Source: Eledone cirrhosa (lineage: Eukaryota). Taken from it: a DNA stretch of 64,000 nt. Shown here piece by piece: positions 56,189 through 64,000 of the stretch. The notes under the pieces were generated by a model. The model saw nothing but the letters and a program-made list of their open reading frames with translations, made no database searches and was not told the DNA's origin. How positions within the stretch are numbered: position 1 is the stretch's first letter; the number at the start of each line of letters is the position of its first letter. The stretch spans positions 68,882,001 through 68,946,000 of the forward strand of contig OZ024743.1 in assembly GCA_964016885.1 (NCBI GenBank). The letters are read 5' to 3'. Both the position numbers and the translations under genes were made by a program.

Positions 56189-57922
56189 CTAACTGAGCTA
56201 CCCTGTGATACCCGGGTATTTTGTGAAATTTACAATATATTTGGCACACATTACAACATATATGACCATTCAAATATGATTGCTGAATTTTAACCAAAGT
56301 AGGAATTAAAGCAGAATATTTATTGCATTTTGGTCAAAGTAAATCATCTAGATAAAAATATTAGTTTTTTCCAGTGTTGATTTTTTTGAATACTGCTCCC
56401 TATTACAGTCAGCATATATAATGCTTTACTCATAGATGAATCGTTAGGTATGTTGTCAGTGAAGAGGGCATGACCAAAAAAATACATTTAGATTTTTTTA
56501 TGTTTATATTTTTTATGCGGGATTGCGTACAGCTTATTTTTTTTTATCCCGTTTGTAAAATAAGTTGGATTAATTTGAATAAATAATGAATGAATATTAC
56601 ATAATTTATCTAATAAATTTCGTGGCTGTTCATTAAATATATTTTGTTTATTTAAAGATTCACTTCTTTAAAAATTCTGAAATATCAACACTTCCGGTGG
56701 CGATCGCTTAAATAAACATACTAATTTTACGTCACTAATTTACTTCTAATGCAGTTTATATATAATATCGTCTGTTTTAATGTATCATGAATTACGTTAC
56801 TGGTTACATAAATCTTCGTTCTATTTCTATGTATTATATATTGTCAATTACGATTTTATTTGATTTATCATATCTACATGTATATATACCTGCGTATAAT
56901 ATCAATATACACACTACACATGCTAGCAGAAAACCACTCGAGGGATGTTTTTTCTGCTAGTATATATAAACGCGGACACTACGTTAGGTAAAGAATCCCT
57001 CCAATCCTCCTCCCTCTCTCCTGCCGCTTTACTTTTTTTCTCTCTCTCATCTTTTATCTTTTCTTATTGTCTTTCTCTCCCCATCCGCCCCACTCCCTTT
57101 CTCTTTCTAATCTCCTCTCTTTCTCTCTCCCATCGTCTACAGAATATCGAACAATAATTAATTAAAAGATAAATAACATAGGGAGAGTTAAGAAGTGTGT
57201 AAACATAATAAATCAATAAAAGTTAATGAACGCTGGCTGCTTTCCCTCTCTCTCTCTCCCACCCCATTACTCTCTCTCTCTTTTTCCCTCTCACACCCCC
57301 CTCTCTCTACAGAATAGAGAACACAAATAAAGAAAAGATAAATAACGTGAAGGAAGCGGGAGAGTTAAAAAGTGTGTAAAAATAATAAATATATAAAAGT
57401 TAACAACGCTTGCTGCTTTCCCTCACTCTCTTTCATCGGCTTTCTCTCTCATCTCCTTACTCTCTTTCTCTCTCACATCCCCTTACTCTCTCTCTCCCAT
57501 CTCCCGCTCTCTCTCTCTCTCTCTCTCTTTCTCTTTCATCCATTACTCTCTTTCTTTCTCTCTCACATCATTTTACTCTCTCTCCCATCCACTCTCTCTC
57601 TCTCTTTCTCTCTCCTCCCCTTACTCTCTCTCCCATCTCCCACTCTCTCTCTTTCTCTCTAATCCCTTACTCTCTCTCTTTCTCTCTCCCATCCCTCACT
57701 CTCTTATCTACAGACTGGAGAACATAAACAAACAAAATGGATGATCTCTTTGATAGTCATTAGAAAATAAAATAAATTGAATTTAAATGAATTCCTTGCT
57801 TTTCAACGTAAAACTTTTTTGACCGTTACCTGTCCGAGTGTATAGTGAATACGTACATGTAATTTTGAGGTGTTTGGTCTGGTAGTTTGCTAGGTTTAGG
57901 CGGACACACAGAATCGTAAACT

Positions 57923-57930
<8 letters not shown>
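56189..57930 (-). mobile_element. Degenerate Helitron-like element with a nested H1 Helitron fragment (56515-56960, plus)
   Basis: Hairpin CCCGGGTATCACAGGG near the left end and a CACACAGA..CTTATATATA 5' signature at the right end. The nested copy ends hairpin-CTAG|T at 56960. Confidence 0.5.
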
Positions 57931-58008
<78 letters not shown>

Positions 58009-58009
<1 letters not shown>

Positions 58010-58757
58010 TAGCAGTAGTACCCAGCGTTGCCTGGGAATGTGTAAAATAATATTTGCTTTGATGAAAAGTTGTAAGATCTTAGCGACTGCGAGTTTCTTG
58101 AAAATCGGTCGTAAGGTGTAGCAAATTGCGAAATGTTGAGTGATATCGTATGGAATAGGTGGGAGGTTTTAAAAATCGTATTTTCAAGAGTTAAACGGCT
58201 GCCATGTCGTCCCTGAACAAAAAATGCAAAGTGTAAAGCTAATATAAGATGTGCAATGATAGGTTCTATCGTAGTATACAAGTTGAACCAAATAAATTGA
58301 TTTATGTGTGAGGTGGAGCCGAAGATTCTAATTTGAACGAAACGGTTCAAAAATGTGGGAGCTAGAGCCGAAAAGGCGGAAATTTGAGCGAAAAGGTGGT
58401 ATTTTCGAATATTTAAGCGGTTGCCACACTGTACCTAAACAAAAAATGCAAAATATGGCGCCATTACAGGATGTGCAATGATGAATTCTATTTAGCTTTA
58501 ACGAAATCGGTGGCAAAATGTGGGAGCTAAAGCCAAAAACATTATTTTTCGATACCTAAAAAAATATGACCCCATCCCCTATCGATTTTTATCAGCAGAA
58601 TGACTCCGGAATAAAATAAAAACGATACGCTGATATATAGAAAATCCTGCCCGATGACTACTCTATGAGTCTGTAAAGTTTCATGAAAATCGGTCGTAAG
58701 CTGTAGGCCCTATAGGTAATACACCGACACACACACACATACTTAACTTTATATATA
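58009..58757 (-). mobile_element. Non-autonomous Helitron-like element
   Basis: Minus strand 3' end CCCAGGCAACGCTGGG-TACTACTG-CTAG|T; 5' end TATATATAAAGTTAAG-TATGTGTGTG. Confidence 0.7.
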
Positions 58758-58762
58758 TACAT

Positions 58763-58851
<89 letters not shown>

Positions 58852-58996
58852 TAATATATATAAGAACAAAAGATGGTTAAAAGAGTTCCATCTTTTGTTC
58901 TTATATATTATGTATACTCCAGTCCTACAAACTGTAGAGTGCTTCTTATCCGATATCTGCATTGCTTTATTGTACTACAATAAAACTCACCTCCTA

Positions 58997-59580
58997 CATT
59001 ATATATATAAGTATGTATACGTACATACATATATGCATACAGACGTACAGTAGTATGTATATATATATATGCATAAATGCACACATATATATATATATGT
59101 GTACGTATAGATTTACCGAACATTTATTATAATGCTCGGTCTGTTTGTAAACAAACATGCCCAAGTAAGCCGTACAGTGTTTAGCAACCATCGATGCCCT
59201 TTTGTTCAACACTGACAAAGGAACGATGTACTAGTTTCAAGCTTATTAACTATCGTCAGCATCGTATACCTTCCTGCCAGATGATTGAACGTCTGAAAGT
59301 ATATACTTTCCTTATGCATATTAACCGCTGAGCAGCCTAATTGGCATATCGAGTGAGTTAATCGGCCGGGCGCACCGAAAACGATTAATGGAAAAAATGA
59401 AACGAAATTTCATTTCTTACTCTTAGTACGGCTGTTACTTAAATATAAGTATGTATACGCACATAAATATATGTATACAGACGTACAGTAGTATGTATAT
59501 ATATATACATAGATGCACACATATATATGTACGTATGGGTTTACTGAAAATTTATTGTAATGCTCGGTTTGTTTGTAAAC
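58997..59580 (-). mobile_element. ~437-bp partial tandem, a distant inverted relative of the 468-bp HHR monomer
   Basis: 59005-59150 is repeated at 59443-59580. Shared AAACGAAATT and GCAG.CTAAT..GCATA blocks. Confidence 0.7.
59223..59265 (-). ncRNA. Intact-looking minimal hammerhead ribozyme
   Basis: Reverse complement ACGATG-CTGACGA-tAGTTaataAGCTt-GAAA-CTAG-TA-CATCGT. Confidence 0.83.
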
Positions 59581-59980
59581 TCGGTATGAGTTTCAGAAGA
59601 TCACGTGAAGTAGGAAAGCAGCGATTATTTGCATAAATTTAATCTGTTATTTTAATACATATTTGCTGTATGGTTTTATATATTTTTATATATATATTAT
59701 CCTTGTCGAGCCCTGATTTTAGTCTTCACATTTATTATTATTACTATATATATATATAGTAATAATAATAAATGTGAAGACTAAAATCAGGGCTCGACTA
59801 GGTTAATATATATATATAAATATATAAAACCATACAGCAAATATTTATTAAAATAACAAACTAAAGTTTAAGCAAAGAATCGCTGCTTTCCCCTTATCGC
59901 GCTCTTCTGAAACTCATACCGAGTTTGAGAGGATCACGTTAAAGGTGAAAGCAACTATTCTTTGCCTAAACTTTAATCTG

Positions 59981-59982
<2 letters not shown>
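59578..59982. mobile_element. Doubly inverted (TA)-associated element (family fragments at 3460, 10440, 11080, 17345)
   Basis: 59578-59745 is inverted at 59757-59925, then re-inverted to 59982. Shared ATTAAAGTTTAAGCAAAGAATCGCTGCTTTC. Confidence 0.75.
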
Positions 59983-60019
<37 letters not shown>

Positions 60020-60025
<6 letters not shown>

Positions 60026-61012
60026 TTATTGCTCTGAAATAGCTATATATATATGAATGTATATATAGTGTATTTTGCAATACACTGTATGCTTAATAAA
60101 AAGAATTTTGAAGACATTATGCTATTGTTTTAGAGTAGTGACAGACTCACTTACTTTAATTTCAGCAAACAGGGGGAGATAAAAATGACAAGACCTTGTT
60201 TCTGCATTTATTGATGCTTATCAAAGCCAACTACTCCTGCCGTTTGCTGAGAACCTGGATGTTTTGGTTCTTATAGAAGTCTAGTAAATAATCAGGAACT
60301 GATTATACAGAGCGGTTGCCGGTCAAGCAAAAATTAAAAATTAGAATTGTTGCTCTGAAATAGCTATGTATATATGAATGTATATATAGTGTATTTTGCA
60401 ATACATTGTATGCTTAATAAAAAGCATTTTGAAGACCTTATGCTTTTGTTTTAGAGTAGTGACAGACTCACTTACTTTAATTTCACCAAGCAATCAGTTC
60501 TTGATTATTTACTAGAATTCTATAAGAACTAAAACATCCAGGTTCTCAGCAAACGGCAGGAGTAGTTGGCTTTGATAAGCATCAATAAATGCAGAATCAG
60601 CTTTATCTCCCCGTGTTTGCTGAAATTAAAGTAAGGTCTTCAAAATGCTTTTTATTAAGCATACATTGTATTGCAAAATACACTATATATACATTCATAT
60701 ATATATAGCTATTTCAGAGCAACAATTCTAATTTTTAATTTCTGCTTGACCGGCAACCGCTCTGTATAATCAGTTACTGATTATTTATTAGAATTCTATA
60801 TGAACCAAAACATCAAGGTTCTCAGCAAACAGGAGTAGTAGCTGGCTTTGATAAGCATCAATGAATGCAGAAACAAGGCCTTGTCAGCTTTATCTCCCCC
60901 TGTTTGCTGAAATTAAAGTAAGTGAGTCTGTCACTACTTTAAAACAATAGCATAAGGTCTTCAAAATGCTTTTTATTAAGCATACAGTGTATGCAAAATA
61001 GACTATATATAC
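60020..61012. mobile_element. Third relative of the 310-bp HHR monomer: tandem plus inverted arms
   Basis: ATTAGAATT.TTGCTCTGAAATAGC at 60020 and 60340, inverted from ~60492. HHR-like GGCT-TTGATAA-GCATcaatgaATGCa-GAAA-CAAGGCCTTG-TC-AGCT at 60844-60889. Confidence 0.8.
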
Positions 61013-61097
<85 letters not shown>

Positions 61098-61670
61098 CAT
61101 ACTATAGAGTAAAGCATGTCCAGATAATTATTTGATAACATATATACATCCTCTCTATGTATGTGTAAATATTTATATTCAATAATCTCCCATAAAGTTG
61201 AGATACAAATTTGGGCGATATTGGGCTGCGCTTTCTAGCAACCAACCATCTCGCCGTAAGCAACCAATCACACCCTTCCTGACTTGACCACTGCCACGTC
61301 ACAGTTCTCAACCATTTTGAAATCGTTTTTTGCGGGGGCCACTTCGGAAAATAATATGTCCTAGCGAGTTTATCCCTTGAAGAGCTCTAGACTCGAGTAT
61401 GAACGTTAAATAAGGTATCTCATAAGTGAGCGAAACCCAAGGGTCGGGATTTGGTGATTTAATCCTGGTATGTATATAAGCATTTCTAACATTAATTTTT
61501 ACCTAATTATGTATGGTTGACCGTATATTTCATTAATTTCAACGTGCTGTTGAAATATTGGGTAAATATTCGATAGTGGTTGCACGCGAAGACTCCACAA
61601 TAGCCTTTTATTCTTATAGCCTTGTTTAATTGATTTTTTGTGTGGTTAATTATGCTGATTGGGAGTAGAG

Positions 61671-61761
<91 letters not shown>

Positions 61762-61900
61762 TATCAAATAATTCTCTGGACATGCTCTACTCTATAGTAT
61801 TTCGCTCTGATTAATTTATTAATTCTCCATTGAGCCACATCGTGAAAAGTTGCCAAAACACATATATACCTGTGACTTTGTTTAATTGGTGTATGTGTAA

Positions 61901-61968
<68 letters not shown>

Positions 61969-62148
61969 TTTAAAGGTATGTCAAATTTATTTATAAAACT
62001 GTTTATATATTGTATTTTGTCTAAAGAGGGCATACCATATTTTTAATATTTTTAATATGATATCCCTGAAATATATATAATGAAATAAATATGGTTTTAT
62101 AAATTTAGTTTCCATTTGTTTAATATCGTATATATATATATATATATA

Positions 62149-62689
<541 letters not shown>

Positions 62690-62702
62690 CAAATATTCCT
62701 TG

Positions 62703-62756
<54 letters not shown>

Positions 62757-62764
62757 AAATATTC

Positions 62765-64000
62765 CTCTAAAAACCGGTTTGTCTGTGTGTTTACATACAG
62801 AATAGCTGGGCCGCTCACTGTAAAGCAACCAGTGAAAGACTTGGTTACACCTACATATGTATACGTGTGTGTATTCATATACACACTAGTATTTCAGTAT
62901 GCATATGTAGATGTACATTTTTAACTTAATTGTTTAAGCGTCAGTCATACAAAAGTGAGTTACAAACGAAACGAAATTTAATTTCGTTTCGTTATTTGTT
63001 TTTATCGTCTCCGCTGAACCGGTGCGTACTCACACTCTATGCAAATTAGTCTGCCCACTACTAATTTTCATAGAAAAAGCATATAACGATATGTGCTTTT
63101 ACAATTCTCCAGAAAGGCCGGTAGATAGGTAAATATTGCTGATGAGTTGTAACAACAACGAAACTAGTTCAATATTCCTTGACTGGCTTTCTGGAGAATA
63201 GGGGGAAGGTGTTCCCCCGAAAAACCAGTATGACTCTAAAAACCGGTTTGTCTGTGTGTTTACATACAGAATAGCTGGGCCGCTCACTGTAAAGCGACCA
63301 GTGAAAGACTTGGTACACCTACATATGTATACGTGTGTGTATTCATATACACACTAGTATTTCAGTATGCATATGTAGATGTACATTTTTAACTTAATTG
63401 TTTAAGCGTCAGTCATACAAAAGTGAGTTACAAACGAAACGAAATTTAATTTCGTTTCGTTATTTGTTTTTATCGTCTCCGCTGAACCGGTGCGTACTCA
63501 CACTCTATGCAAATTAGTCTGCCCACTACTAATTTTCATAGAAAAAGCATATAACGATATGTGCTTTTACAATTCTCCAGAAAGGCCGGTAGATAGGTAA
63601 ATATTGCTGATGAGTTGTAACAACAACGAAACTAGTTCAATAGTCCTTGTCTGGCTTTCTGGAGAATAGGGGGAAGGCGTTCCCCCGAAAAACCAGTATG
63701 ACTCTAAAAACCGGTTTGTCTGAGTGTTTACATACAGAATAGCTGGGCCGCTCACAGTAAAGCGACCAGTGAAAGACTTGGTACACCTACATATGTATAC
63801 GTGTGTGTATTCATATACACACTAGTATTTCAGTATGCATATGTAGATGTACATTTTTAACTTAATTGTTTAAGCGTCAGTCATACAAAAGTGAGTTACA
63901 AACGAAACGAAATTTAATTTCGTTTCGTTATTTGTTTTTATCGTATCCGCTGAACCGGTGCGTACTCACACTCTATGCAAATTAGTCTGCCCACTACTAA
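62765..64000 (+). repeat. 468-bp near-identical tandem array (at least 2.6 units, runs off window); retrozyme-like
   Basis: CTCTAAAAACCGGTTTGTCTG at 62765, ~63234 and ~63702. Confidence 0.95.
63132..63176 (+). ncRNA. Canonical minimal type I hammerhead ribozyme (second copy 63600-63644)
   Basis: AATATTG-CTGATGA-GTTGtaacaaCAAC-GAAA-CTAG-TT-CAATATT. 7-bp helix I, 4-bp helix II, palindromic ACTAGT helix III. Confidence 0.9.

Noticed and set aside
59270-59296. Tiny minus-strand exon (tttcag|...|gtatac)
   Set aside because: It lies inside the HHR-bearing 437-bp repeat, so the splice-like signals are likely chance.

Overview
AT-rich, repeat-saturated eukaryotic (metazoan) DNA. It is probably octopus/coleoid cephalopod, inferred from the tRNA-SINE type and the (TA)n/(CA)n/(CATA)n load. 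No intact host gene is recognisable, and most ORFs in the track are microsatellite artefacts. The window is a mosaic of retroelement remnants (Penelope-like GIY-YIG, RTE, CRE-like, R4-like, Tx1-like), tRNA-SINEs, non-autonomous Helitrons and a piggyBac-like MITE. The main hidden signal is that many short islands between (TA)n tracts carry minimal type I hammerhead ribozymes (helix I - CUGANGA - helix II - GAAA - palindromic helix III - UH). I folded about a dozen distinct HHR sequences by eye. They include 10 copies in a near-identical 310-bp array that flips orientation midway (3628-6950), 2 copies in a 468-bp array (62765-64000), and copies in the pseudo-LTRs of Penelope-like elements. In the inverted islands where I could orient an HHR, the ribozyme strand always points outward towards the flanking (TA)n. 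This suggests a (TA)n-targeting, Penelope-mobilised retrozyme system that inserts by priming on both target strands. All structures were derived manually; nothing was searched or computed.
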